Of a stretch of DNA of 64,000 bases, positions 50,463 to 63,195 are shown piece by piece. Both the position numbers and the translations under genes were made by a program. Source of the stretch: Mobula hypostoma (taxonomy: Eukaryota). The notes under the pieces were generated by a model. That model saw nothing but the letters and a program-made list of their open reading frames with translations. It was not told the origin of the DNA and did not search any database. Every line of letters begins with the position of its first letter. Position 1 is the stretch's first letter. The DNA lies in assembly GCF_963921235.1 (NCBI RefSeq), contig NC_086097.1:10974001-11038000 (forward strand), read 5' to 3'.

Positions 50463-53165
50463 AAACATGGAAAACCTGCAGCACAATACAGGCCCTTTGG
50501 CCCACAAAGCTGTGCCAATTATGTCCTTACCTTAGAAATTACTAGGGTTACACATAGCCCCCTGTTTTTCTAAGCTCCATGTAACTATCTAGGAGTCTTT
50601 TAAAAGACCCTATCGTATCCACCTCCACCAACATTGCCGGCAGCCCATTCCACGCACTCACCACTCTCTGCGTAAAAAACTTACCCCTGGCATCTCCTCT
50701 GTACCTACTTCCAAGCACCTTAAAACTGTGCCCTCTTGTGCTAGCCATTTCAGCTCTGGGGACAAGTATCTGACTATTCACATGATCAATGCCTCTCATC
50801 ATCTTGTACACCTCTATCAGGTACCTCTCATCCTCCGTCACTCCAAGGAGAAAAGGCCGAGTTAACTCAACCTATTCTCATAAGGCATGCTCCCCAATCC
50901 AGGCAACATCCTTGTAAATCTCCTCTGCACCCTTTCTATGGTTTCCACATCCTTCCTGTAGTGAGGCGACCAGAACTGAGCACAGTACTGTACTCCAAGT
51001 GGGGTCTGACCAGGGTCCTATAGAGCTGCAACATTATCTCTTGGCTCTTAAACTCAATCCCACGATTGATGAAGGCCGATGCACTGTATGCCTTCTTAAC
51101 CACAGGGTCAACCTGCACAGCAGCTTTGCGCGTTCTAGGAAACGGACCCCAAGATCCCTCTGATCCCCCACACTGCCAAGGGTCTTACCATTAATACAGT
51201 ATTCTGTCATCATATTTGACCTACCAAAATGAATCCACTCCCACTTACCTGGCTTGAATTCCATCTGCCACTTCTACTGTTGCTGCTACACTACATCTAC
51301 TGCTCTACCTTCATCAATGTTTAGTCACATCCTCTAAAAAATCATTCAGGCTTGTAGGGCACGACCTGCCTTTGACAAAGCCATGTTGACTATTCCTAAT
51401 CATATTATGCCTCTCCAAATGTTCATAAATCCTGCCTCTCAGGATTTTCACCATCAACTTACGAACCACTGAAGTAAAATCACTGGTCTATAATTTCCTG
51501 GGCTATCTCTACTCTCTTTCTTGAACAAGAGAACAAAATCCGCAACCCTCCAATCCTCCGGAACCTCTCCCGTCCCCATTGATGATGCAAAGAACATCGC
51601 CAGAGGCTCAGCAATCTCCCCCCTCACCTCTTACAGCAGCCTGGGGTACATCTCATCTGGTCCCGGTGACTTATCCAACTTGATGCTTTCCAAAATCTCC
51701 AGCACATCCTCTTCCTTAATATCTACATGCTCAAGCTTTTCAGTCCACTGTAAGGCATCCCCACAATTGCCCAGATCCTTTTCTGCAGTGAATACTGAAG
51801 CAAAGTATTCATTAAGTACCTCTGCCATTTCCTCTGGTTCCATACACACTTTTCCACTGTCACACTTGATTGGTCCTATTCTCACACGTCTTATCTTCTT
51901 GCTCTTCACATACTTGTAGAATACCTTGGGGTTTTCCTTAATCCTGTCCACCAAGGCTTTCTCATGGCCCCTCTGGCTCTCCTAATTTCATTCTTAAGCT
52001 TCTTCCTGCTAGCCTTATAATCTTCTAGATCTCTATCATTACATAGCTTTTTGAACCTTCTGTAAGCTCTTCTTTTCTTCTTGACTAGTTTTACAACAGC
52101 CTTTCTACACCATGGTTCCTGTACCCTATCATCCTTTCCCTGTCTCATTGGAACGTACCTATGCAGAACCCCATGCAAATATCCCCTGAACATTTGCCAC
52201 ATTTCTTCCATACGTTTCCCTGAGAACATCTGTTTCTAATTTATGCTCCCAAGTTCCTGCCTGATAGCCTGATATTTCCCCTTACTCTAATTGAACGATA
52301 TCCTAACTTATCTGTTCCTATCCCTCTCCAACGCTATGGTAAAGAAGATAGAATTGTGATCACAATCTCCAAAATGCTCTCCCACTGAGAGACCTGACAC
52401 CTGACCAGATTCATTTCCCAATACCAGATCAAGTACAGCCTCTCCTCTTGTAGGCTTATCTATATATTGCATCAAGAAACCTTCCTGAACACACCTAACA
52501 AACTCCATCCCATCTAAACCCCTCACTCTAGGGAGATGTCAATCAATATTTGGGAAATTAAAATCTCCCACCACAACAACCCTGTTATTATTACTCCAGT
52601 CCAGAATTTGTCTCCCGATCTGCTCCTTGATGTCCCTGTTACTATTGGGTGGTCAATAAAAAACACCCAGTAGAATTATTGACCCTTTCCTGTTCCTGTT
52701 CCTAACTTCCACCCGCAGAGACTCCGTTATAATCCCTCCATAACTTCCTCCTTTTCTGCAGCCGTGACACTATTTCCGATCAACAGTGCCATGCTCCCAC
52801 CTCTTTTGCCTCCATCCCTGTCCATTCTGAAGCATCTAAAACCTGTCACTCTAACCTGGCATTCCTGCCCCTGAGCCATCCAAGTCTCCGTAATGGCCAC
52901 AACATCATAGCTCCAAGTACTGATCCACACTCTAAGCTCATTCGCTTTGTTCATAATAATCCTTGCATTAAAATAGATCAAAATCCTTCCTCTTCTACAG
53001 TCTCCAAGTCAACCGCCTCTTCCTCCATCACTTAAGTTCGGTTCCCCCCCCCCCCCGCAGCAGTTCTAGTTTAAACTCTTCCCAATAGCCTTTGCAATCT
53101 TCCCCGCCATGATGTTGGTCCCCTTGGGATTCAAGTGCAACCCATTCTTTTTGTACAGGTCACAT
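50463..53165 (-). mobile_element. CR1 LINE, long but disrupted (end of ORF1, endonuclease, partial RT, 3' UTR)
   Basis: YFNARIIMNKANEL..ITETW, GEHFGDCDHN, DKSPGPDEMYPRLL and RPHLEY motifs; CR1 tail; the central RT segment appears deleted near 51290. Confidence 0.9.
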
Positions 53166-53177
53166 CTGCCCGAATAA

Positions 53178-55075
53178 GTTTGGGGGGTGGGGAAGAGGAT
53201 AGCTGGAAGGTGACAGGTGAAGCCAGGTAGATGGGAAAGGTAAAGAGCTGGAGAAGAAGGTATTTGATAGGAGAGGAATGTGGAATTGATAGGTAGGTGA
53301 GAAGAGGTAAAAATCCAGAGTGGGGAATAAAAGAAGAGGAGAGCAAGAGAGATTTTATTTTACCTGAAGGACAAATCGATATTCATGCCATCAGGTTGAA
53401 TATAAGGTGTTGCTCCTTCACCCTGGGGATGGCCTCATTGTGGCACAAGAGGACCAGGAATGTGAATGGGAATGGGAATTGGAATTAAAGTGTTTGGCCA
53501 CTGGAAAGTTCTGATTTCGGCTGATGGAGCGGAGATGCTTGAAGAACTGATGCGCCAGTTTACGATGGGTCTGACTAGTATGAAGCCTTCAAGTTGTTAT
53601 AGCTGGGGTAGCAATGAAGACAAGCTCCCACTACCTATTGAACGCTCCCAATGCTGTGCACCTCAACTAGCCTCTGACAACCAAGTCCAGCTCCTGGCCT
53701 TCATGTGTGTCTTAGCTATCAAGCTTGGTGGAACCATTTCTACTGACAGGAGAATGGGAATAGGCGGGTTACTGGCACCATAAAACCAGGCACTTCAGGC
53801 ACATCAGCTATGGTTGGCAGCTCATCTAGGAGAAGGAAAACTCTCAAACTTCTGCCACCTTGAGGCTATACCCATATGGGGAAGGCTTTGGGAGTAAACC
53901 CCAAGGGAAAGCTCTGGAGCTGGAGTCCCTAAGGCAGTCCTCTGTTGAGTTCAACACTGACTGGCAACTTGAGCCATGCTGCTGGTATCAAACTGTATCA
54001 GTGCCTGCTGTTCTTTTGGGTTCATTAGATGTGTGGAGAGGTAGATACTGCTGCATGGGCAGCAGCTTGCTCTCCATATCGTACAGCCCAGGCTTGCGTA
54101 TCTAGACAGCTGAGATGCAACATCCATGGTCAACCTTGACCAATGGAGGCCTCATTCACTCACTACTATAGAGGAGGCTGCACTGGGAGCACTGGATACC
54201 ATAGACGACCTCTAGCAGATTCATGGGTGGCCCTGGGAGGAAGTGAGGGAGAAAGTGAATGGGCAGGTGTAGCTTTTTGACCACTTGCAGGGATAAGTGC
54301 TGGGAGGGAGATTCGTGAGAAGAGATAACTGGATATGGGGGGAGCAATCCCTGCAGAAAGCGGAGAGTGGGGTGGGGGGTGGTAATGATGTGCTTGGTGA
54401 TAGGATCCCTTTGAAGATGGCAGAAGTTGTGGAGAATGGTGTGTTGGATGCAGAGGCTCATGGGCTGTCATTGTTAAGGTGGGGGGAAGATGAACTGAAG
54501 ATGTCCAGGAAATGGAGGAGATGCGGGTGAGGGCAGAATCAATAGTGGAGGAAAAGAAATCTCGTTCTTTGAAGAAGGAGAATATCTCTGATGTCCCGGA
54601 AAGGAAAGCCTCATCTTGGGAACAGATGCCTCAGAGACAAAGAATCTGAGAAAAGGGAATAGTAGTTTTTACATGAGACAGGGTGGGTATAGGTAAGGTC
54701 AAGACAACCATGGGAATTGGTGGGTTTATAAAAGATATCGATTTATCTCCAGTGATGGAGACAGAGAGATCGAGAACAAGGAAGGAGGTGTCAGAAATGG
54801 ACCAAGTGAATTTACGGGCAGTTTGAAATTTGGAGGTAAAGTTGATGAAATTGATGAGTTCAACGTGTTTGCAGTCTTCAGTGTCGTGGAGGAAGAACTG
54901 GGGAAGGCTTGGAACATGGACAGTTCTACTTAGCCAATGAAAAGGCATAGCTGGGGCCCATGCCCATAGCAACCCCTCGAGTATGGAGCAAGTGGGAGGA
55001 GCCAAAGGAAGGATTGTTGAGGGTGAGGACCAGTTCTGGCAGACGGAGGAGGACGGTGGTGGAGGGGAACTAATT
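53178..55075 (-). mobile_element. Older Penelope-like element (RT, linker, GIY-YIG, 3' UTR), interrupted at ~53580-54150
   Basis: Minus-strand remnants GVAMGMGPSYA, KFTWSISDTSFLVLDLSVSI, IQHTILHNFCHLQRDPITKHI and VVYGIQCSQCSLLY; C-terminus resumes at ~53370-53575. Confidence 0.8.
53580..54152. repeat. ~570 bp insertion of unassigned family inside the Penelope GIY-YIG domain
   Basis: Penelope coding remnants are colinear on both sides of it. Confidence 0.5.
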
Positions 55076-56117
55076 GTTGTTTTTAATTGAGAAAGAAATA
55101 TCTATCTATCTATTTATTACTTACTAGAACTTCTGTATGACGAGAAATTGTGTTGACTAAGCCTAAATTCACTACAGTTCAGAAGAATGAGAGCAGATCT
55201 CATTGAGGAATATACACTTCTGATAAGACTAGACGTAGAGTGGAATTGTAGTCTCTCTGAAGTGGTGTGTTAGTCATTCCTCAGTTTGAATAGTTCATCA
55301 ACATTTTCCACTCTTCAGCCAGATGTCTCCATATAACGTGTACTTGGTTGTAGCTGGTGGAGGATGGGATTTGCTACCTCTGAGCAAGCTTCCTAAAAAA
55401 ATATTCTCCATGGTATGACTTTCCCCTATTTTGATATTATTTTCTTTCTGCCATTGCCAAAATTAGATCTCACTATCATGTAATGATGATATTGGCACGC
55501 TGGAAAAGATTTCTCATCGATATCTAACATAAGTAAAGGGCTTTAATTTTAACAACATTTTTAATAATTCAACTGTGTATAAAATATATATCTAAGTTTA
55601 AAATGCACCATGACATACTGAAATGCATAAATTAATTTTAAGTGATTATTTGGTCTTAGAATCTAACTTAATGTATAACATTGTGTTTTCAGGATCAGAG
55701 GAGTAGTATTAGTCTTTATGACATAATACTAAAAGGCTCAATCACATTCATTTATCAAGACTCTTTTCAGCAGGAATAGTAGAACAAAATGTTGAAATTT
55801 TGTTCAATTAATCCTTACATTTTTCTTTATTTCTAAGGATATTGTCAATAGTAACTTCTAGATTTCATCATTACCATCAATTCCAATGTAATGGCAACAA
55901 ATACTGACAGCTGTTTCATTATTTCTTTTGGAGTTTGAGGAGACTTAGACTCTCACCAAAGACCCTTGCAAATTGTAATTCGTAGTTTTTATTATCATGT
56001 ACTGTTTCTCAAAACAACAGATTTCACAACATGTCAGTGATATTAAGCTTGATTCTGATTATAAACTCAAGGGATTCTGATCAGTGCAACTGCAGAATTG
56101 GAGCTCATAGTTTTCCT

Positions 56118-56510
56118 TAACACGAGAAAGTCTATAGATGGTGGAAATCCAAAGCGACACACACATAATGCTGGAGGAACTCGGCAAGTCAGGCAGCATC
56201 CATGGAAAAGAAGAGATGGTCAACATTTCAGGCCAAGACCCTTCTTCAAGACTGAGACGGTCGGGCGAAGACAGCAGAACAAGCAGGTGGGGGGAGGGGA
56301 AGCAGGCCAGCTGGAAGGTGATAGGTAAAGCCAGGTGGGTGGGAAAAGTAAAGGACTGGAAAAGAAGGAATTTAATAGGAGAGGAGAGAGGACCATAAGA
56401 GAAAGGGAAGGAGGAAGGGACCAGGGGCAAACAACAGGAAGGCAAGAAGAGGCAAAAGGCCAGAACAGGGTAGAAAAGGAAGAGGGGATGTGGTGGTGGC
56501 GGGGGAATCT
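56118..56510 (-). mobile_element. Older Penelope-like terminal repeat/3' UTR with a decayed hammerhead (56219-56252)
   Basis: Reverse complement GTCTTGAAGAAGGGTCTTGGCCTGAAATGTTGAC, plus a purine-rich tract. Confidence 0.75.
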
Positions 56511-56670
56511 TTTTACTGGAAGAATTTTTCTTTATCCTTTCCACTTTCATATTGTGTTAGTTAGCTTTCCCGGCAAAGTCACTATTCTCTTCCATTACTT
56601 GTGAGATTATGCTTTGCACCTTTTACTAGCTCTATATTTATCCTGATTCTTTTTTCTTTTCTTGCTAGTA

Positions 56671-56985
56671 CGAGGGGTGATTGATAAGTTTGTAGCCTAA
56701 AGTAGACGGAGTCAATTTTAGAAAACCTAGCACATTTATTTTTCAACATCGTCCCCTCCTACATTTACACACTTAGTCCAGCAGAACATACGGATCCCTT
56801 CTTTGTAGAAGTGGTCCACAGCAGGGGTGATTGATAAGTTTGTGGCCTATGGTAGAAGGAGATGAGTTATACAGTCCTTGTTAAATGCACATGCAGTTCA
56901 ACTCTTTGAGTAATTATGCAGAAAGTTTGAAGTTAATAATTCATCTCCTTCTACCTTAGGCCACGAACTGATCAATCACCCCTCA
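56671..56985. mobile_element. Mariner-type MITE (315 bp)
   Basis: TA-CGAGGGGTGATTGATAAGTT... and ...AACTGATCAATCACCCCTCA-TA; ~40 bp TIRs; third TIR copy at 56823-56862. Confidence 0.85.
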
Positions 56986-57509
56986 TATATCTATAAAATA
57001 CTTCATCATTTATTTTATACTCAATCATTTAATTTCTCGTTTCTTTTTGCTAAACTTCAATTACACCTTTCATAATCTATCACCCTTTGCCATTTTTAGT
57101 CCTTGTATATCGTTACTGATTCATTCTTTATCCTATTCATCTCCAGTGAAAAACTATTAACTTGTCACAATGTTCATCCTAGGTAACCGCAAAGGGAAAA
57201 AAAAATTTTTCATTTATCTTCATATCACTCATGAACAACTTAGAGAGATTTACTGCAGTAAAATGTCCCATGTTACATCATTGATTCAGCCCAAAGTTTA
57301 CATGTCAGCCAGAAATGGACATAGCATACATTCGCTTTTCAACCTTTCCTACGGTCATGATCTTTGAATCAGTCTTCCAGGTTCTTTTTAATTGTAGCAA
57401 GGGTGGGGGTTTTTTGCCTCCAATTCCCTTCTAACCCTGGGTTCCACAGCCTTTACATTCATTGAGTGAAATAATGTTTCTCAGTGACTATCAAGAACAT
57501 TCCCAGAAC

Positions 57510-58265
57510 AGGGTTAATGGTAAGGCACTGAGGAGTGCAGTGGAACAGAGGGATCTGGGAATACAGATACAAAATTCCCTCAAAGTGGCGTCATAGGTAG
57601 ATAGGGTCGTAAAGAGAGCTTTTGGTACATTGGCCTTTATTAATCAAAGTATTGAGTATAAGAGCTGGAATGTTTTGATGAGATTGTATAAGGCATTGGT
57701 GAGGCCGAATCTGGAGTATTGTGTTCAGTTTTGGTCACCAAATCACAGGAAGGATATTAATAAGGTTGAAAGAGTGCAGAGAAGGTTTACAAGGATGTTG
57801 CCGGGACTTGAGAAACTCAGTTACAGAGAAAGGTTGAATAGGTTAGGACTTTATTCCCAGGAGCGTAGAAGAATGAGGGGAGATTTGATAGAGGTATATA
57901 AAATTATGATGGGTATAGATAGAGTGAATGCAAGCAGGCTTTTTCTACTGAGGCAAGGGGAGAAAAAAACCAGAGGACATGGGTTAAGGGTGAAGGGGGA
58001 AAAGTTTAAAGGGAACATTGGGGGGGGCTTCTTCACACAGAGAGTGGTGGGAGTGTGGAATGAGCTGCCAGACGAGGTGGTAAATGCGGGTTCCTTTTTA
58101 ACATTTAAGAATAAATTGGACAGATACATGGATGGGAGGTGTATGGAGGGATATGGTCCGTGTGCAGGTCAGTGGGACTAGGCAGAAAATGGTTCAGCAC
58201 AGCCAAGAAGGGCCAAAAGGCCTGTTTCTGTGCTGTCGTTTTTCTATGGTTTCTATGGTTTCTAA
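57510..58265 (+). mobile_element. CR1 3' fragment
   Basis: ORF 57630..58181 is the CR1 ORF2 C-terminus; (TTTCTATGG) tail; closely similar to 62445-63190. Confidence 0.92.
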
Positions 58266-58424
58266 CTATCCACCAGCTACTCCACCTACTTATTTTCCTA
58301 AATCTATGCTCCCTCATCACTCACCTCTCTGCTAAAACAAGTAGGTCCATTTTTTCTAGCTTGTCTAAGCCATTGAATTTTATCACCATGATTAAATCTC
58401 CCCACAGAATAGAATCACATTGTC

Positions 58425-58950
58425 ATACAACACAGAAACAGGTTCCCTGGCCCATCTTTCCTGTGCTAACCATTATGCATCTATCCAAAGTGATCCCATT
58501 TTTCTGTACTTGGTCTTTAACTTTTTAATGCCTTGATGATTCATGTGCTTGTTTAGTTACTTTTTAACTGTTGTGAGAGTTTCTGCTATCACCACCGCTC
58601 AGGCCAAATGCTCAGTATTCCAACCAGCCTCTTCCTGAAGAAAATACTTCCTCAAATCTCTTCTAAGCCTCTTACCACTTACCATTAACCTATCCCCTCT
58701 AGTTTTAGTCATCTCCACATTGCTGAAAAATTCCCTACTATCCACTTTATTGATGCTCCTTATAATTTTGTATATCTCATTTGGATACACCGTCAGATTC
58801 CTGTACTCCAAGGAAAACAAACCCAGCTGATCCAGTCTCACTTCATAGTTAAAATAATCCATCTATCCCAAACAATCTCCAGACAAAACTTCTCGGAGCC
58901 CTCTTTGGTATAATCGCATTGTTCCTACAATATGGCAACCAGAGGTGGAT
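58425..58950 (-). mobile_element. Old CR1 3' fragment
   Basis: ORF 58599..58862 reads YEVRLDQLGLFSLE...KTRGDRL. Confidence 0.7.
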
Positions 58951-59434
58951 ACAGGTATTGTATTCCAGCAGCAACCGAGTCGATGTTTTATAAAGTTGTT
59001 TCATAACCTCCATGTTTTAATCTTCCAATAAAATCAAGTGTGTCCTCTATGTTTGATGCCCAGAACATGCCCTCTTCTCAATTGAGGAGGAAGTGCAGAA
59101 ACCTAAAACACAGCCTCTCACCCTCCAGCAGCAGATTTCAAATGGACAATGAACTATTTATTTTTCTTTTTTTCTCTTTTAGAACAACTTACTTTGTTTA
59201 ATTCATATATTCTGATTCTTTATCATAATTTCTAGGGAAAGCAGTATGAATTCAAGTAAAGTAGACGAACTTAGTCTATTTCAATGATTTGCTTCTGAAT
59301 TTAGCAAAAAGGACATTGTTGACAAATTAGCAAGTTCATAGTTCAAGTTTAATTGTCATTCAAACATACATGAATAACCATGAATATAACCAAACAAAAC
59401 AACGTTACTCCGGGTTATTTAGTGATATTTCCAG

Positions 59435-62084
59435 ATCACAGGGGGATGACTTGCTTGGGACAAGCTGCAGTAGCCGGATCTCTGGCACTGAGTCTGGTTC
59501 TGCAGTGCAGAAGGGAGGGTGGAAGAAGAGGAAAGCGGTAGTGATCGGGGACTCGATAGTCAGAGGCACAGAAAGGAGGTTCTATGGTCATGACAGAGAC
59601 TCCCGGACCGTTTGTTGCCTCCCGGGTGCCAGGGTTAGGGATGTCTCTGATCACGTGCACAGCATTCTGAATTGGGAGGGTGATCAGCCAGATGTCATGG
59701 TACAAGTCGGTACCAATGACGTAGGAAGAAAGAGTGAAGAGGTCCTGGACAGTGAGTATAGAGAGCTTGGTAGGAAGTTGAAAAGCAGGACCTTGAAGGT
59801 GGTAATCTCAGGCTTGCTACCTGTGCCATGTGCCAGTGAGGGTAGGAATAGGATGCCCTGGCGGATGAACACGTGGCTGAGGAACTGGTGTAGGGGACAG
59901 GGTTTCAGATTTCAGGATCATTGGGACCTCTTCTGGGGCAGGTGGGATTTGTACAAGAGAGACGGGTTACACCTGAACTACAGTGGGACCAATATCCTTG
60001 CAGGGAGGTTTGTTAGTGCTATTGGGGAGGGTTTAAACTAAATTTGCAGGGGGGTGGGAACCAGAGTGCCAGAGCAGATAGTGGAGCAGGGGTGAAAATA
60101 AATGATGTTAAAAGTTCATGCAAAGTCACAAGTAGAAGGGTTGTGTGTGGTAGTGATAATCTTCTGAGGTGTGTCTATTTCAGTCGAGGAGTATTGTGGG
60201 GAAAGCTGACGAGCTGAGGGCGCAGATTGATGCATGGAATTATGACATTATAGCCATTAGTGAAACTTGGCTACAGGAGGGGCAGGACTGGCAGCTTAAT
60301 GTTCCAGGGTTCCAATGTTTCAGATGTGCTAGAGGCAGGGGAATGAAGGGTGGTTGGGGGGAGGCATTGCTAGTTAGGGAAAATGTTACAGCAGTGCTCA
60401 GGCAGGACAGATTAGAGGGCTTGTATACTGAGGCCATATGGGTGGAGCTGAGAAACAGGAAAGGTATGACCACATTAATGGAGTTGTATTATAGACCACC
60501 CAATAGTCAGCGAGAATTGGAGGAGCAAATCTGCACAGAGATAGCAGACAACTGCAGGAAACATAAAGTTGTGATAGTAGGGGATTTTAATTTTCCACAT
60601 ATTGATTGGGACTCCCATACTGTTAAAGGTTTAGACAGGTTAGGGTTTGTAAAATGTGTTCAGGAAAGTCTTCTAAGTCAATATATAGAGGTACCAACTA
60701 GAGAGGTTGTAATATTAGATCTCCTATTAGGAAGTTAGTTAGGACAGGTGAGGGAAGTGTGTGTGGGGGAACACTTTGGTTCCAGTGATCATAACACCAT
60801 TAGTTTCAACTTGATCATGGATAAAGGTAGATCTGGCCCTCGGGTTGAGGTTCTAAATTGGAAAAAGGCCAAATTTAAAGAAATGAGAAAGGATCTAAAA
60901 AGCGTGGATTGGGACAGGTTGTTTTCTGGCAAGGATGTGATTGGTCAGTGGGAGGCCTTCAAAGGAGAAATTTTGAGAGTGCAGAGTTTGTATGTTCCTG
61001 TCAGGATTAAAGGCAAAGTGAATAAGAATAAAGAACCTTGGTTCTCAAGGGATATTGGAACTCAGATAAAGAAGAAGAGGGAGATGTATGACATGTATAG
61101 GAAACAGGGAGCAAATAAGGTGCTTGAGGAGTATAAAAAGTGCAAAAAAATACTTAAGAAAGAAATCAGGAGGACTAAAAGAGGACATGAGGTTGCACTG
61201 GCAGTCAAAGTGAAGGATAATCCAAAGAGCTTCTACAGGTATATTAAGAGCAAAAGGATAGTAAGGGATAAAATTGGTCCTCTTGAAGATCAGAGTGGTT
61301 GGCTATGTATGGAACCAGAAGAAATGGGAGAGATCCTAAATGGGTTTTTTGTGTCTGTATTTACGAAGGAAACTGGCATAGAGTCAATGGAAATAAGGCA
61401 AACAAGTAGTGAGGTTATGGAACCTATACAGATTGAAGAGGAAGAGGTGCTTGCTATCTTGAGGCAAATCAGAGTAGATAAATCCCCAGGACCTGACAGG
61501 GTATTCCCTCGGACCTTGAAGGAGACTAGTGTTGAAATTGCAGGGGCCCTGGCAGATATATTTAAAATGTTGGTATCTATGGGTGAGGTGCCAGAGGATT
61601 GTTGTTCCATTGTTTAAAAAAGGCTCTAAAAGTAATCCGGGAAATAATAGGCCGGTAAGTTTGACGTTGGTAGTAGGTAAATTATTGGAAGGAGTGCTAA
61701 GAGATAGGATCTACAAGTATTTGGATAGACAGGGACTTTTTAGGGAGAGTTAACATAGCTTTGTGCGTGGTAGGTCATGTTTAACAAATCTATTAGAGTT
61801 TTTCGAGGAGGTTACCAGGGAAGCAGATAAAGGGAAGGCAGTGGATGTTGTCTACATGGACTTCAGTAAGGCCTTTGACATGGTCCCGCATGGAAGGTTA
61901 GTTAGGAAGATTCAGTCGCTAGGTATACATGGAGAGGTAGTAAATTGGATTAGACATTGGCTCAATGGAAGAAGCCAGAGAGTGGTAGTGGAGGATTGCT
62001 TCTCAGAGTGGAGGCCTGTGACTAGTGGTGTGCCACAGGGATAGAGCTGGGTCCATTGTTATTTATCATCTATATCAATGATCT

Positions 62085-62138
<54 letters not shown>

Positions 62139-62141
62139 TAG

Positions 62142-62174
<33 letters not shown>

Positions 62175-63195
62175 TAACTATCTATCTATCTTTTTATCTA
62201 TCTATCTATCATTGTTATTTGTCATCTATATCAGTGATTTGGATGATAATGTGGTAAGTCGGATCAGCAAATTTGCTGATGATACAAATATTGGAGGTGT
62301 AGTGGACAGTGAGGAAGGTTTTCAAAGCTTGCAGAGGGATTTGGACCAGCTGGAAAAATAAGCTGAAAAATGGCAGATGGAGTTTAATACAGACAAGTGT
62401 GAGGTATTGCACTTCGGAAGGACAAACCAAGGTAGAACATATAAGATAAATGGTAGGGCACTGAGGAGTGCAGTAGAACAGAGGGATCTGGGAATACAGA
62501 TAGAAAATTCCCTAAATTTTGTTGTTCCCTAACCTGTGGCGTCACAGGTAGATAGGGTCATAAAGAGAGCTTTTGGTACATTGGCCTTTATAAATCAAAG
62601 TATTGAGTATAAGAGTTGGAATGTTATGGTGAGGTTGTATAAGGCATTGTTGGGCCGAATTTGGAGTATTGTGTTCAGTTTTGGTCACCAAATTACAGGA
62701 AGGATATTAATAAGGCAGAAAGTGGGCAGAGGATGTTGCCGGGACTTGAGAACTGAGTTACAGAGAAAGGTTGAATAAGTTAGGACTTTATTCCCTGGAG
62801 CGTAGAAGAATGAGGGGAGATTTGATAGAGGTATATAAAATTATGATGGGTATAGATAGAGTAAATGAAAGCAGGCTTTTTCCACTGAGGCTAGCGGAGA
62901 AAAAACCAGAGGACATGGGTTAAAGGTGAAGGGGGTAAAGTTTAAAGGGAACATTAGTGGGGTCTTCTTCACACAGAGAGTGGTGGGAGTGTGGAATGAG
63001 CTGCCAGATGAAGTGGTAAATGCGGACTCACTTTTAACATTTAAGAAAAACTTAGACAGGTACATGAATGAGAGGTGTATGGAAGTATATGGTCCAGGTG
63101 TAGGTCAGTGGGACTAGGCAGAAAAATGGTTCAGCACAGCCAAGACGGGCCAAAGGGCCTGTTTCTGTGCTGTAATGTTCTATGGTTCTATTGTT
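59435..63195 (+). mobile_element. Near full-length CR1 LINE: ORF1 SGNH esterase, ORF2 APE endonuclease and RT (disrupted), 3' UTR
   Basis: AVVIGDSIVRG / VGTNDV / DGLHLN (59370..60041); AISETW, YYRPPNS, GDFNFP, SSDHN; YMDFSKAFD, GVPQG, KFADD; CR1 tail. Confidence 0.93.
62085..62210. repeat. (GATA)n/(GACA)n microsatellite followed by inverted (TATC)n
   Basis: Read directly from the sequence. Confidence 0.95.

Noticed and set aside
57510..63190. Apparent segmental duplication between 57510-58265 and 62445-63190
   Set aside because: Similarity is limited to the CR1 3' end and stops at the tail; these are two insertions of one subfamily.
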